Assembly (NCBI RefSeq): GCF_004010195.1
Contig: NC_057735.1
Location: forward strand, 2,055,308 to 2,119,307
Direction of reading: 5' to 3'
Source: Chiloscyllium plagiosum
Lineage: Eukaryota
Length of the DNA: 64,000 nt
Shown piece after piece: positions 1 through 13,210 of the stretch (the first letter of the stretch is position 1; each line of letters starts with the position of its first letter). The notes beneath the pieces are model-generated. The model had not been told where the DNA came from. It made no database searches and saw only the letters and a list, made by a program, of their open reading frames with translations. The position numbers were made by a program, and so were the translations under genes.

Positions 1-297
1 AAAGTAGAGGACCCAGCACCGATCCTTGTCGCACTCCACTGGTCACAGGCCTCCAGTCTGAAAAACAACCTACCACCACCACCCTCTGTCTTCAACCTTT
101 GAGCCAGTTCTGTATCCAAATGGCTAGTTCTCCCTGTATTCCATGAGATCTAACCTTGCTAATCAGTTTCCCATGGGGAACCTTGTCGAACGCCTTACTG
201 AAGTCCATATAGATCACATCTACCACTCTGCCCTCATCAATCCTCTTTGTTACTTCTTCAAAAAACTCAATCAAGTTTGTGAGACATAATTTCCCAC
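1..297 (-). mobile_element. CR1 LINE ORF2 reverse-transcriptase fragment
   Basis: ORF 92..274 reads IEFFEEVTKRIDEGRVVDVIYMDFSKAFDKVPH, a typical CR1 RT motif; continues beyond the window start. Confidence 0.9.
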
Positions 298-299
298 CA

Positions 300-796
300 T
301 GTTCAGTTCTTTTCCTGAGGTTTCACACACGAGGTGCAATTCACACACACCAACTTCAGCAAACAGTTAAAGTTTATTAAAGCCTGTATAAGCCAGGTGA
401 CCCCCTTTGACACTTGTCACAGGTGCACAGGTTGAGTCAAAAGTTGCCCTGAACAAAGGAAACATATCCCCTTTATACAGGTCAGTTGCAATGCTTACAG
501 ATCCTCTGGCCACTCCCCCACAGTCACATGCCACTCAAGACAACCCCCTGTCCCTCCCTCACAGTTACATGTTACCCCAGGTACAATGGTAGGATGAGGT
601 CATCTTTGGAGATAATATAAATGTAAATACCTTAATCCTGGGGAATCGTTATGCAAATGATTTCCTGACTCTGTGATTCCCCAAGACAGTGTAGGTGTGA
701 TGTGTCCTAGCTTCGGGGTGGCCCTACAAATGAGTTCTGGCTCCGCTACTTCCCCAGACAATGTAGGTGTGGTCACTTCAGCATTGGAGATAATCA
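300..796 (-). mobile_element. possible solo LTR
   Basis: Begins TG where the CR1 fragment is cut; minus-strand AATAAA (~373) and TATAAA (~472) in LTR order. No clear TSD; right boundary uncertain. Confidence 0.3.
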
Positions 797-1436
797 TGCA
801 AGTGAATCTAATTGGCTGGGGATGGCTATGAAAGTATGGAAGAGATTGAATGAGAGTTTAGTTTGATGATAGTAGGAGTAAACAACTGTCTAAATGAAGT
901 GTAAATTACAATGGATAGGCATCCATATTCCTGCAGGAGATCTATGAGACAGAACGTTCAGCTTGCAGTCTAACTCTTTAATATTACATTATTGTCCGGA
1001 GAGATATTTCCATTTAATCTTTTAACATGACAACCTGACACCATCCTCCCTCTCTTTCACCTGATTGTGCAGCTTCCCTTTTGGTTTTTTCCCTCCTTTT
1101 CACCTGTCCCCATCCTTTCTTGTTATGTCTTTAACTTTCTGCAGTTGTGACAAAAGATAAACTGATGTGTGTAAAGGGGAACAATCATCACTAGCAACAG
1201 CCATATGAAAGAAAAGTGGAGAGTAGTTATTTCCTGAAATGATTGAATTCAGTGTTGAGTCTGGAGGGTGACAATGTCTCATTGGAAGATGAGGTGCTGC
1301 TCCGGAAATCGAATGTGGCCAAGGTCTGACTGGGAGTAGTGGCACAGTGATCACGTCACTGGCTAACTGATCCAAAGGCCCAGCTGAATACATAGAACAG
1401 TGGTTCCCAATCATTTCAATAACATGAAATGATTGT

Positions 1437-1757
1437 GGGCGGCACAGTGGCACAGTGGTTAGCACTGCTGCCTCACAGCGCCTGAGACCTGGGTTCAATT
1501 CCCGCCTCAGGCGACTGACTGTGTGGAGTTTGCACGTTCTCCCCGTGTCTGTGTGGGTTTCCTCTGGGTGCTCCGGTTTCCTCCCACAGTCCAAAAGATG
1601 TGCAGGGTCAGGTGAATTGGCCATGCTAAATTGCCCGTAGTGTTAGGTAAGGGGTAAATGTAGGGGTATGGGTGGGTTTCGCTTCGGCGGGTTGGTGTGG
1701 ACTTGTTGGGCCGAAGGGCCTGTTTCTACACTGTAATGTAATCTAATCTAATCTAAT
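1437..1757 (+). mobile_element. tRNA-derived V-SINE (shark HE1-type)
   Basis: A/B-box head (TGGCACAGTGG...GGTTCAATTCC), V-domain core TGTGTGGAGTTTGCACGTTCTCCCCGTG...GGTTTCCTCCCAC, (ATCTA)n tail. Confidence 0.9.
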
Positions 1758-2729
1758 GGTACACTTCAATGAGACAACTGCATGACACACCTAATTTTTT
1801 CAGCTGAATTGCCCACACATGTGACATTTATTTGCATTGACAAAGATTACAGCATAGTGCGTACAACCAGCTAAAGAAGGATTTCGAGCAATGGATGTGT
1901 CAAATCCATTGGTAAAAACACTGCCTTAAACACAGTCATGTTTTCAAAATCTGCTCACCTCAACTATTTCTAACTGTTGATGGCTATACATCTCTTCCCC
2001 ACACTGCACTCCATCAGGCGATTGAATTTCACAGATGATATTTCATATTTGTAACAAAATTTTTGAGGTGTACTTTTTACTAAATAATAAACATATGATT
2101 GACATTCAGTGGATTAGAGCGAAATGCAAAAGTGTGTAAATTGAAATTTCCTGGGTTAGTGGGAAATCTGGGCCTTCTGGACATGCAGAGATTTTCATCT
2201 GAGGGAGACCACCTTTATTTAAAAACCAGTGACCAAAGAAACTATTACTTCATCTCAATTTCACCCTTTGGCTGCCTGTATTTAAAATGTTGAGGTTTAA
2301 GAATCGAAAGACCAATACCTCCTCTTTTATTCTGATGAATAATTTTCACGAGTTTTAGGAGTTGTAAATTTCGTTGCATACATGACTGTTTAAGATAAAA
2401 TGATGTTTGTTTTATATTGATTTACATGACCTTGGTAAAATATTTAATGGCACACTTGGGCAGACAGAGAGTATACAGTATTCAGAGCCTTTAAATAAGA
2501 GGATTGGAGGTTGTGCTGAATTTATATAACCTCAGCTGTAACATTGGAGAACCTGTGCCATTACCCCTCAATGTTTTTCATACAGCCCTCCCCGGCATTC
2601 AGCAAACTTTCTTCACTGTCACAGGCACCCAACAGGATTTTCCGATTGGTGGTTATCAGTATGTCTGAGCAGTGCTACCTCAGTAACGTAATGTCAGGCT
2701 GCTGCTAGATACAATTCATTTACCATTGA

Positions 2730-3545
2730 GGTACAATACTAGTGGGGACAGGTCTGTCACTGTATAACACTGGGGTACAGTACTGGTGGGGATAGGTCTG
2801 TCACTGTATAACACTGGGGTACAGTACTGGGGGTGACAGGTGTGTCACTGTATAACACTGGGGTACAGTACTGGTGGGCACAGGTCTGTCACTGTATAAC
2901 ACTGGGGTACAGTACTGGTGGGGATAGATCTGTCACTGTATAACACTGGGGTACAGTACTGCGGGTGACAGGTGTGTCACTGTATAACACTGGGGTACAG
3001 TACTGGTGGGCACAGGTCTGTCACTGTGTAACACTGGGGTACAGTACTGGTGGGGACAGATCTGTCACTGTATAACACTGGGGTACAGTACTGGTGGGCA
3101 CAGGTCTGTCACTTTATAACACTGGGGTACAGTACTGGTGGGGACAGGTCTGTCACTGTATAACACTGGGGTACATTACTGGTGGGGACAGGTCTGTCAC
3201 TGTATAACACTGGGGTACAGTACTGGTGGGGACAGGTCTGTCACTGTATAACACTGGGGTACAATACTGGTGGGAACATGTCTGTCACTGTATAATACTG
3301 GGGTAGAGTACTGGTGGGGACAGGTCTGTCACTGTATAACACTGGGGTACAGTACTGGTTGGACAGGTCTGTCACTGTATAACACTGGGGTACAGTACTG
3401 GTGGGGACAGGTCTGTCGCTGTATAACACTGGGGTACAATACTGGTGGGAACAGGTCTGTCACTGTATAACACTGGGGTACAGTACTGGTGGGAACATGT
3501 CTGTCACTATATAACACTGGGATACAGTACTGGTGGGGACAGATC
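2730..3545. repeat. 44-bp minisatellite, about 18 copies
   Basis: Unit ACTGGGGTACAGTACTGGTGGGGACAGGTCTGTCACTGTATAAC, period 44 (e.g. 2767 to 2811), head-to-tail with no spacers. Confidence 0.97.
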
Positions 3546-4492
3546 TTTTGTTGCATAATGCACAAGTCATTGAGGGGATGATTTATGAGTTTCAGACATT
3601 ATGTATAGAGGCTGAAGTGTGTTTCCTTTGTGTGTAAACCCTGATTCTATGACTGACTCAGTGTGAATGCTGTCTGCATTGCTGTCTGTGCTGTGTTAAA
3701 ACCAGACTGTAGAGGCTGAAAGGGGAAATAAATCCACCAGCTCCTGAAGCTGGTGGTTTTGGGTTTGGTCCCAGATGGCCTCCCCACAGAGAAAGCAGCA
3801 GCATGCTGCACCCTCTAGCTTCCTGTTCAGATTGGCCCCAGGAGGTGAGAGAGGGCAGCGGGCGTGATTCTGTTGCCGTGTTTAATTCATCTGCCTTTTG
3901 GTCTCATCCCCTTGACCATACTGAATGATTTAGACCTGCTGTGAACTGAGAACACAAACCTCTACATTACAAAGTGTTTGCTTTTTGCCAGGACTCAGTT
4001 TGTCTCAACTTTGAAGCCTCCGATTCTGCTCTCTTGAATGTTCGCCGTTAGCCATTTCCCCAGCCTTCAGTTGCCTGGATTCCTGATTTTGAAATTCCCT
4101 CCCTAAACCTCTCAGCACCTCTATCTCTCTCTGCTCTTGTAATATTTAATACACTTCCTACATTTGGTCTCATAGTTTTCTTGTGAAGTGCATTGGGAAG
4201 ATTTTATGAGGGTAAAACAATGTTGTTATCGTAACATTCTCACCTCTGATCTAGTCCAGAGGCTTCAGTACATTAGCCAGGCCGATGGTCAGTGTGCAGT
4301 GCTGGAGGAGTGTAGCATGATTAGTAATGCCATGTTCCCATCTCTCTTTCTGGACGTTCCCATGAGATTATTTTGAAGAAGAGGGAAGTTCTGCTCAGCT
4401 CGATGACCTGTCAGGTATTTATATCTCAGCCAAGCAGATTGTCTTGTCATGATCATCTTGCTGTATTTGGGATCTTACTGTGCACTATTTAT

Positions 4493-4815
4493 GGGTGGCA
4501 CAGTGGCACAGTGGTTAGCACTGCTGCCTCACAGCGCCAGAGACCCGGGTTCAATTCCCGCCTCAGGCGACTGACTGTGTGGAGTTTGCACGTTCTCCCC
4601 GTGTCTGCGTGTGTTTCCTCCGGGTGCTCCGGTTTCCTCCCACATCACAAAGATGTGCAGGGTCAGGTGAATTGGCCATGCTAAATTGCCCGTAGTGTTA
4701 GGTAAGGGGTAAATGTAGGGGTATGGGTGGGTTTCGCTTCGGCGGGTCGGTGTGGACTTGTTGGGCTGAAGGGCCTGTTTCCACACTGTAATCTAATCTA
4801 ATCTAATCTAATCTA
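4493..4815 (+). mobile_element. V-SINE (HE1-type)
   Basis: Nearly identical to 1437-1757, (ATCTA)n tail; inserted in an older Deu-SINE-like remnant (~4250-4490). Confidence 0.9.
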
Positions 4816-5719
4816 AAAATCTAATTTAACTGCTATGATCGTTTTTTAAAAATATACTTCATTAGCTGCTAATTATCTTGTGAGAGACGCTATAGAAATG
4901 GAAGTCTTTCTTTCCACCTTTCCCTGGAACAACCTGTCAACATTCCATCCCAAATCTCCCACTTAAAGAATGATTGTTGAGGGGAATGTCACCTTCCTAA
5001 CATTAGCCTTGCTGGCTGGCTATTTGGCCTCAGGAGGTATCGCAGCCCAGACTGATCCTGTAGGACTGCAATAATGGGTTTAGAGGTGGCAGCTGGAGGA
5101 TGGAAGTGAATTTCATGCATGTAGCTGTGTTCAAAAGAAAAAAAGTAATTCACCTTTTGCCTTGGGGCTTGTCCTAGACTAGTCAGTTGGTGATTGCTGT
5201 TAGAGATGTTATTTCAGTAATCTTTATATAATAAATAGGACTGAAGTGTGCAACAAGTAGAGTTTCTGTAAGTTCAGTATTGTATTTCGTTTTCAAGATT
5301 TGGCTTTGCTGGGCGTTGGTAATTTTATCTTTGAAAAATGTTTCAATTAACTGTTTTTGATTTGAGAAGCATATTTTCTGTATATGTTGGCATCAGGAAT
5401 ACACTCAACACATTATGAGCTGTGGAAAAGATGGCTAATGATCTAACTAGGTTAGGAATCCAGGGATGACAATTAATTTGAGAAAGCTCTGGCATTGTAA
5501 AGGTTAATAAGGTCTCGAGTTCTAGAGTTTGAAGTGAATGCAGTTGTAATGTCGCTGTACGCAGTGGTATACATTCGCTGTGCAGATCATGGCTCTGTTA
5601 TAATTCTTTCTGCTGTTACAGGGACCTGAATTTAACACCTAGCTGGATTGTTCATTGTGCTGAAGGTTTCAAATCCAGCATTCCCTCGATACTGCACTCG
5701 ATTGTCAGCCAGGATTACA

Positions 5720-6680
5720 TCATGCCACATAATGGACTTATTAGCAAAATAAAAGCCCATGAGCTTAAAGGGGCAGTGACAGCCTGGATACAAGATCGAC
5801 TAAGAGGCAGAAAGCAGGGAGTAATGGTGAACACTATTAGAACCACTGCTGTTATTGAGTATGTACCTAAATCCAGGTCAATGTTTATGGGACATAATTT
5901 TGAAGCGTGCAGATGATCAGAAACGTAGAAGACAGTGAGGAGATCACATACAGACTGCAGGAGGATGCAAACTCTTGAAGGGAGCAGACACATGACAGCT
6001 TAGGTTTAATGTGGTGAAGTATGAAGTGATGTATTTTAATAGGAAAAAATGTACAGAAGCAAATTTAACTAAATGGTATAAATGTGCAGAGGGTGCAGTG
6101 GTGGCTGGATATATACAGATTTACAAAGATGGCAGGAAAGATTGAGAAATTGCTTAGAAGCCTGTATGGTATTCTTGGCTTTGTAAACTGAAGAATTCAG
6201 TGCAAAACCAAGAAATTTATACGAAAACTTTAAAAATCCCTGATTCAGCCTTAGTTGGAGTGATGTGTCCAGTTCTGGGCACAGACTTCAGGAAGGAAGT
6301 TAGAGGAGGTGCAGAAGAGATTTCCTGGAACTGTACCAGGGATTCAGAACTCCAGAGAGACTGAGGAAGGTGGAGTTCTCCTTAAATCAAAGTTAAAAAT
6401 CACACAACACCAGGTTATAATCCAACTGGTTTATTTGGAAGTACTAGCTTTTGGAGCGCTGTTCCTTCATTAGGTAGCTGTCCTTAACTCAGAGAAAGTT
6501 AAGGAAAGATGTAACAGAGCTTCTCTTAATTTTATTGTGTTTGATAAAATAAACCAGAGAAAAAGATTAGCTAATGAACCAGGGCAAATATTTTCCAGAG
6601 CAGGGGAGTAAGATTAATCAATAGCGTTTTCAAAGAGCAAGCATGGGCTTGATGGGTCAAATGGCTTCCTCATGTGCTGT
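5720..6680 (+). mobile_element. degraded CR1 LINE 3' portion
   Basis: PHNGLISKIKAHELKGAVTAWIQD and later CVQFW-like remnants with stops and frameshifts. Confidence 0.75.
6390..6480 (-). mobile_element. short Penelope-derived insertion with mutated hammerhead motif
   Basis: Minus strand tac-CTAATGA-A-GGAA-CAGCG-CTCC-AAAA-GC-TA-gta followed by AATAAA; flanked by direct repeat TCCTTAAATCA (6379-6389) / TCCTTAACTCA (6481-6491). Confidence 0.6.
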
Positions 6681-6841
6681 ACAAATGCAAGATGTGCTCG
6701 CAATTATAGCAGAGGGGCTGCTGTGATACCCAGGATAGAGTTCATTGGTTTCTTTCACTGCACTACAGTTTGTTCATTTGACTTACGGTGATTGCTTCAG
6801 GTTGTGTGACTGTCTGAACATATTTTGTTTCACTTCTACAG

Positions 6842-6904
6842 AATCGGAGGATAGTGGCAAAGATGTGAGAAAGAAGATTGAAACAATGAGGCTCATTAGA
6901 GAAG
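6842..6904 (+). CDS. ATXN7L2: ataxin-7-like 2, internal coding exon (ESEDSGKDVRKKIETMRLIRE)
   Basis: ttctacag acceptor, G|gtaagg donor, phase 1-1; resembles the segment preceding the first zinc finger of ataxin-7 family proteins. Confidence 0.85.
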
Positions 6905-7155
6905 GTAAGGGAGTGGGCTGGATATGAAGGACTGAAAACAGGTACAGTCACTTCATTCTGAATGATTTGAAATTCCCAATTTCACTGGTGTTGAGGGGGG
7001 TGGGGGAATGGAATGTTTACGGGCTGTGGTTATGGGTGGCAGATTGATGGTATGAAACAGGTACAGAGATCAAGTTTACCCCTTCCTTTACCCTCCTGTT
7101 CCCAGCTTTCTGTGTGTGCGCGCGCATGCACTAGCTAATTTCCTCTCTGTTTCAG

Positions 7156-7260
7156 ATATGCCAATCTTTGGTCATTGTCCAGCCCATGACGAGTTCTTCC
7201 TTGTGGTGTGTAACCAGTGTGGACAGGTAGTTAAACCTCAGGCATTCCAGATGCACTGTG
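7156..7260 (+). CDS. ATXN7L2: ataxin-7-like 2, zinc-finger exon ([35 protein letters not shown])
   Basis: tttcag acceptor, G|gtaagt donor; strongly matches the ataxin-7 family N-terminal zinc finger. FGHCPAHD and adjacency to CYB561D1 favour L2 over ATXN7 or L1. Confidence 0.93.
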
Positions 7261-7678
7261 GTAAGTTATTTTGTGTCTCAGTATCTTTGGGTCTTTCAAA
7301 GGAAACAAGACATATCTGCTTTCAGTGAATTGGATACTGCAGAGAAATGCTGACCTAAACTTTCTCAGATATCAGCTGTCCCTCACACAAGTTCTGAGCT
7401 TGAGAAAGGTTACATCAGCATCATCTTTGGATTCACTCTGCCTTTCAATCACTGTTCCCTTCCTTTGGCAGTATATAATCAGAACAGTGCAGAGGGGACT
7501 GCTATCTTGGAATTTTGAATGGCAGTACAGAAACACAAGTCATTATCTAACCCCATGCTTTACCTGCCTTGGGAGTGTTTGATGGGGACAGTGTGGATAG
7601 AGCATTACTTTCAGTTTAACACAGTGGAGGGTGCTTTAGTCTGGATCCAGCCCTGTGCTATGCCCACCCTGAGAGTGT

Positions 7679-8178
7679 NNNNNNNNNNNNNNNNNNNNNN
7701 NNNNNNNNNNNNNNNNNNNNNNNNNNNNNNNNNNNNNNNNNNNNNNNNNNNNNNNNNNNNNNNNNNNNNNNNNNNNNNNNNNNNNNNNNNNNNNNNNNNN
7801 NNNNNNNNNNNNNNNNNNNNNNNNNNNNNNNNNNNNNNNNNNNNNNNNNNNNNNNNNNNNNNNNNNNNNNNNNNNNNNNNNNNNNNNNNNNNNNNNNNNN
7901 NNNNNNNNNNNNNNNNNNNNNNNNNNNNNNNNNNNNNNNNNNNNNNNNNNNNNNNNNNNNNNNNNNNNNNNNNNNNNNNNNNNNNNNNNNNNNNNNNNNN
8001 NNNNNNNNNNNNNNNNNNNNNNNNNNNNNNNNNNNNNNNNNNNNNNNNNNNNNNNNNNNNNNNNNNNNNNNNNNNNNNNNNNNNNNNNNNNNNNNNNNNN
8101 NNNNNNNNNNNNNNNNNNNNNNNNNNNNNNNNNNNNNNNNNNNNNNNNNNNNNNNNNNNNNNNNNNNNNNNNNNNNNN
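7679..8178. other. assembly gap (500 N), probably hiding ATXN7L2 exons
   Basis: N run; sequence between the zinc finger and the end of the SCA7 domain is missing. Other gaps at 37678-38085, 48292-48330 and 50013-50515. Confidence 0.95.
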
Positions 8179-8384
8179 AGGAGTGTACTGGGGCGCCACC
8201 TTGCCTTTGATGAGTTGCTGGCAGAACATCGGGCAAGTTTGAAGAACAAGGAGACTGGTAAAGAGAGAAAGCTGCAGGCTAAGGAGACGGTGCCGCTCTC
8301 TCTGGGTCAGGAGGCCGCTCCGGGCCCGGTGATGTTGGGGATCTCTCCAAACCGGCCAAAGCTTGCCGCCTGCTCTGGTGCAAG
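8179..8384 (+). CDS. ATXN7L2: ataxin-7-like 2, 3' part of SCA7-domain exon (RSVLGRHLAFDELLAEHRA...)
   Basis: R-x-V-x-G-R-x3-F-D-x-L-L-A-E-H matches the end of the SCA7 domain; AG|gtacag donor (phase 2); 5' end lies in the gap. Confidence 0.88.
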
Positions 8385-10544
8385 GTACAGTCCAAGTTTC
8401 CAGGATTCTGGGGTTTCAGCGTTTTGACAGGGAAGGGGGAGTTCAGAGATGTCATTCAGGGAATCTAGACCAAAATAAATCTTAAATTCAGACCATGGCC
8501 TTTCAGAGGAGGCTGCTTTTACCTCATCAAGATTCGGAGAAAACTGGACGAGTCTCCCCCAGAAAATTATGAAGAATTCTGGGCTCAATTGGATTTGTAA
8601 GCCTGGGATTAAAGGACTTTTATTGGGTGAGGGCTATTGAGGTTTTGGTGCAAGGTGGGAGAATGAGTTGAGTGCAGATCAGCTATGATTGAACAGACTG
8701 CCAAAGGAAACTCAAAGTGGCTTCCTCCTGAGTCCATGTAACAGACTTGAGGGGCTGAATTGCCTGCTCCCTTTTGATGTTGCTGAAGGACCTGTGGTTA
8801 CTTCACTATCTGGGCTGGTTAAGTCCCATGTTTCTTTGCTTTGAGCTGTGGTTGCTTGCTCTCACAAGGCTGCATGAGGAATTCTACAATGCTGCATTGG
8901 AAGTGTCAGCCTGAATTCTGGTGTCAGGTCCATGGAATGTGTTTCCGAGGTGAGAGAGTACTGCCGCAGATAAGGCACAATTATTAGACTTTTCAGGTGA
9001 TCAGGAGGGTAGAGCATTAACTGAAGCTGACCTTGAACTTTGAAATTTTTTTTTTCCAGAATCGATATATCTGAAACTTGCATGTTGCAGCTTATTTCAC
9101 GTTGCACAGAAATCACAGAACAGGCCATTCGGCCCAACTGGTTCCTGCTGGGGCTTATGCTCCACATGAGCCTCCTCCCACATTCTCCAGCTAATTCAGG
9201 TGGGAATCAACCTTTCCAACACAGGAAGCAGGCATTGACAGCCTGAGAGCATCCTGATTTCAACCGATTTATTTGGCAATCTTTTTCATTCCACACTCTC
9301 AGCATCACATTATTTTTCAACAGCACTTCAGCCAAGATTAATAAACCCTTTTGTTTTTAATGCAAGTAAGTAGGTCCCATGTAGCAGTATGTAGGCATTG
9401 GGCTGTTATGGTCTTCCAGTGTACAATTCCAGCCTGTGCCACCAGATGGTACACTTACTCCTGGTCTGCTGGTTGCAGCTTGCACAAATTGCTAATATGA
9501 ATCTTCCATTTGGTCTTGATTTGAGGTAACTCTCTAGTAAGATGTACAAATAACCTGATGCAAGGAGGTATTTTGCAAAAATATATCGTGCAAAAACACT
9601 TTTAGTTTACAATAAGTGAAACTATCAATTTTATATAAAATTGCATTCTGTGCAGTAACTTAATACAAAATCATAAATTTGGTGTGCTATCTATATTGTG
9701 TTACTTTTAACTGATGATGGCTGGACTGGGAAGGAATCTGGTTAATGTCAGTAGGGATACAATCAGTAACTCAATGTGCTGGGGGGAGTAGTTACCAAGT
9801 GTCAGTGAGAGAGTTGGATTAAGAAGGCATTGGGAGAGGGAGATTGTTGAGTGACATCGATTTTTGTGATACGTAGATTCTCTCACAATCAGTCTGTGTT
9901 AATATTAACAACTGACCTGGCATTAGCTGTTTTTGTGGAAGAGAGTTCCAGACTTCTCCCACTCTTTCTGCTGTATGAGTATTTAATAATTTCACTCCAC
10001 AAACATCTGCAACACCGTGCAAACCCCCACACTGTTGCTAGACCCTATCCAATACCTTCCAGTCCCTGCTATACCCAAACTCCTCCAGACCTGATACCCA
10101 CCCTCCTTGTCTTCTGCCAAACTCGATTTCTTCCACCCACCCGAACCTCCCCAAAACTGCATGACTTACCACTTTGTACTTTGGCACCCCATGCACTTGT
10201 CACCCTATCTCCTTCCCACTTCTCATCCCATGTACCTGGTACTCTGCTCAGCTGTCCCCTACCCTACTGTCCCAGCACCCTAACATCATGGACTTGCACA
10301 GCAATTGTCAAAGTGAACCTGTAAATTTCAGAGTATAGAAGCTGACTGCTGGGAAATGCGCAATGTGGTTTTCTTTCCCCTGCATTATGAGAAAACTGTT
10401 TGAACAAAAGTACAGCTGTGACCTCCTGCGGGATCCCTGATCTCACACTCATATCAGAAATGTGGAGCATCCTCTTTTGTGAATGAAGGGCCAGAGTGGC
10501 AACCCACATGAGATTGCCATTCCTTGGAAAATCTGGCCCACTAT

Positions 10545-11960
10545 ACTGAAAGCCTTGACCAAATCACCCTTTTAACCATCCATATTTTAGGGAATATAAT
10601 CCTAGTTTGTCATTGCAATTTAACTTTTGGAGTACAGCTATAACTGTGGTACATTAACACTGCACTTCATCCAAGGCCAGTGTGTGTGAACCAGGATGCA
10701 AGTCAGCCTCTCTGGCCTTTTGCGTGATTCAGTTCAATAATGGTTGATCCAATTATGCTCTCAACTCCATATTCTTTTCTCCTCCCAATAAGTTTTGACT
10801 CCCTTTTAGCTATGGTGATCAGAACTGTTCACTGTAATTCCAGGTGAGTTCTTACCAATGCTTCTCACGACTAAAAGATTATGTCTACCCTCTTGTATTT
10901 TAATCCTCCAGGTACAAAAGCCAGTATTCTCTTGATTTTTCTTTTGATTTTTGTCGCTCATAATATTTTAGTAATCTGTGTACCTGGAGTATCTCTGGGC
11001 CTCTGTGGTTTCTAGCTTTTCACCAATTTAAAGTAGTCTATTCTTTTATTTTAATCCAAATTGAATGACCTCACATTTGCCATTTGCCACACTTTTGTCC
11101 ATTCACTAGTCCTCCAATATCTCTTTGTACTTTCCAATCTTTATTGCATCAGCAAACTTGGATATATGGCTGTCTATCCCGTTGTCTAAGCCATTAATGA
11201 ATGCATTGACTATGTGAGAGTGGAATCCCTCTGGGACAATGCCTGTCCCGTTCTGCCAATTCAAACTCCTGGTCGTTACTTGTACTCTCTATCTCCTGAG
11301 GCTCAGCCAGTTCTCCAGCTGGTTCAACGATTTATCTTCAATGTCATGAGTCTCAGTTGTAACTGATAGTCTCTAGTGAGGGATCCTGTTGCACATCTTC
11401 TGTACATTAATGTAAATAACATTTGTGGACATTCTCCAGTTCATGATTTTAGTCTCCACCTCAAAATGTATAACCAGATTTTTCAACCATGACTAACTCT
11501 TTACAAATATTTGCAGGTTCTCTGTGATAAATGAATATTTTTGAGGTGTTGAGCACTCCTAATGTTAATTATAAACTCCACATAAAAGATTCTAGGCTAC
11601 CTGGTTGATAATTCCCTAGTTTGTTGTTCCCTCCTTTCTTTAATAGCAAAGTTACATGGGTGGTTTTTCAATCTGAAGGAATCGTTTTCAAATTGAGAGA
11701 AATTTGAAAGATTGTAGTTAGATCTCCCGTGTACAAAGATCTCCCGTGCTTCTTTTAAGACTTGATATGAAAACATCAGTTTCTGTGCACTTCTCATAGT
11801 TTAATGCATTAATGTCTCCATTGCTATTACCTTGCTGAAGTTAAAGTTGTTGATTCCCTGCTGTCAGTGATAATTTCCTTGAGAGTTTTGATATGCTGAT
11901 CTCTTTCTCTGCTGTGAATACTGAAGCAATGTCATCATTCGGTATTTTGGCCAGTTCCTT
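10545..11960 (-). mobile_element. old degraded CR1 LINE
   Basis: Minus-strand remnants of RT motifs (e.g. KFAD from TCAGCAAACTT near 11150) with many stops. Confidence 0.65.
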
Positions 11961-12681
11961 GATTTCAATAACAATGACACCACTATCTTTGCTAATTTGA
12001 AAACATTTTTATGTTAATTGTGATATCATTTTTGCTTCTTTTCAGGCTGCGTTTTTATAGCTCTTGCTGTCTGTTTTGTCATCCTCTGTGCTTTATCGTC
12101 TCTTTCGTATTTGCGCCGTTTTGTATTTTTGTAAACTTGTTCTTTACTGTTAATGTGTTTCTGAGATCTTTAGTTGTCCGCAAATGTACCTTTGACAAGT
12201 AGAAATTTCCCCTTTAAAGGTATAAATTGATGCTGTGTAGCATTAATTTATTTTTGAACACTACCTATTTATTGTTTGTTGCTTTGTACATTAATGGATT
12301 TGCCCAGTTTACTGTAGACTATATCTGTGTCAGCTCATTGAAATCAGTCTATCTTAAGTCAAGACTTTCACGGTTCATCCTTTCAAACTGTATTAAATTT
12401 GGTCGTGTTATGATCACTATTTGACAATGCTCTTGACCTTTAGGCTGTTAATTAACTCTAGTATATTACTAATCCTCCTTGAAGGCATGTATCTGTGATA
12501 ATCACCAAGTCATACCATCACCGGTTATGCAATCCTCGTCCAAGACACACATCATCAATACTTCGACGTTTTTCACTGTTCCTTCAGTGTCACTTGGTCA
12601 AAATCCTGGAATTCCCTCCCTAAAAACATTGCGGGTTTACCTACAGCGCGTGGACTGCAGAGATTCAGGAGGGCAGCTCAT

Positions 12682-12893
12682 TGAAATAACTCCACAGAGG
12701 CTGGTATCCCATCTCCAAGACCCCCTTTATTTACACATGGAGAGTCCTTGACACTGATCCAGCTCCCTCAGAGTGAACAGAACCCCTGACACTCCTGTTT
12801 ATACCTGTCAGCCAGGGCTCCCTGATTGGACCAGATTAACAGCCCCAGTCAGGGAACTCAGATTCTGAGGGCCACCTCACTGAGCTCGTTACA
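12682..12893 (-). mobile_element. 212-bp solo LTR
   Basis: TG...CA ends; minus-strand CCAAT, TATAAA, AATAAA in order; flanks CTCAT/CTCAC; interrupts another repeat whose uninterrupted form is seen at ~41400-41560. Confidence 0.7.
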
Positions 12894-13210
12894 CTCACAA
12901 CACATCTTCTCAAGAGCAATTACAGATGGGCAATAAATGTTAGCCATATGCCATGATCAACATTTCAAGTTCATTCAGTTTGATTTTTATACGTGGAATA
13001 TTTGAATAAAGAATGCTTAATCGAATCTCCCACCGTTCAATATTCTCCCTTTCTTTGATGAACACAGATATTCAGTTGACCCTTAGCTGCATTACATGGA
13101 AATGACAGCCCTCTACATCCACTGGCTGTGGGTTCAGGGTTTGTGAGCTGCTGCACTAGGCTGGGCTCGCTCTCCCTGCTCTGTTCATGTTCTTTATTTC
13201 CTTTCCACAG

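Noticed and set aside
1437-1510. tRNA genes at SINE heads (also 4493, 63268)
   Set aside because: A/B boxes run directly into the V-SINE core and tail; these are tRNA-derived SINE heads.
2730-3545. CRISPR-like array
   Set aside because: Units are head-to-tail with no unique spacers, there are no cas genes, and the context is vertebrate; it is a minisatellite.
7519-8427. Long ORFs containing X runs (also 37589-38131 and 49580-50553)
   Set aside because: They are open only because they cross N gaps; only the flagged exon portions are supported.
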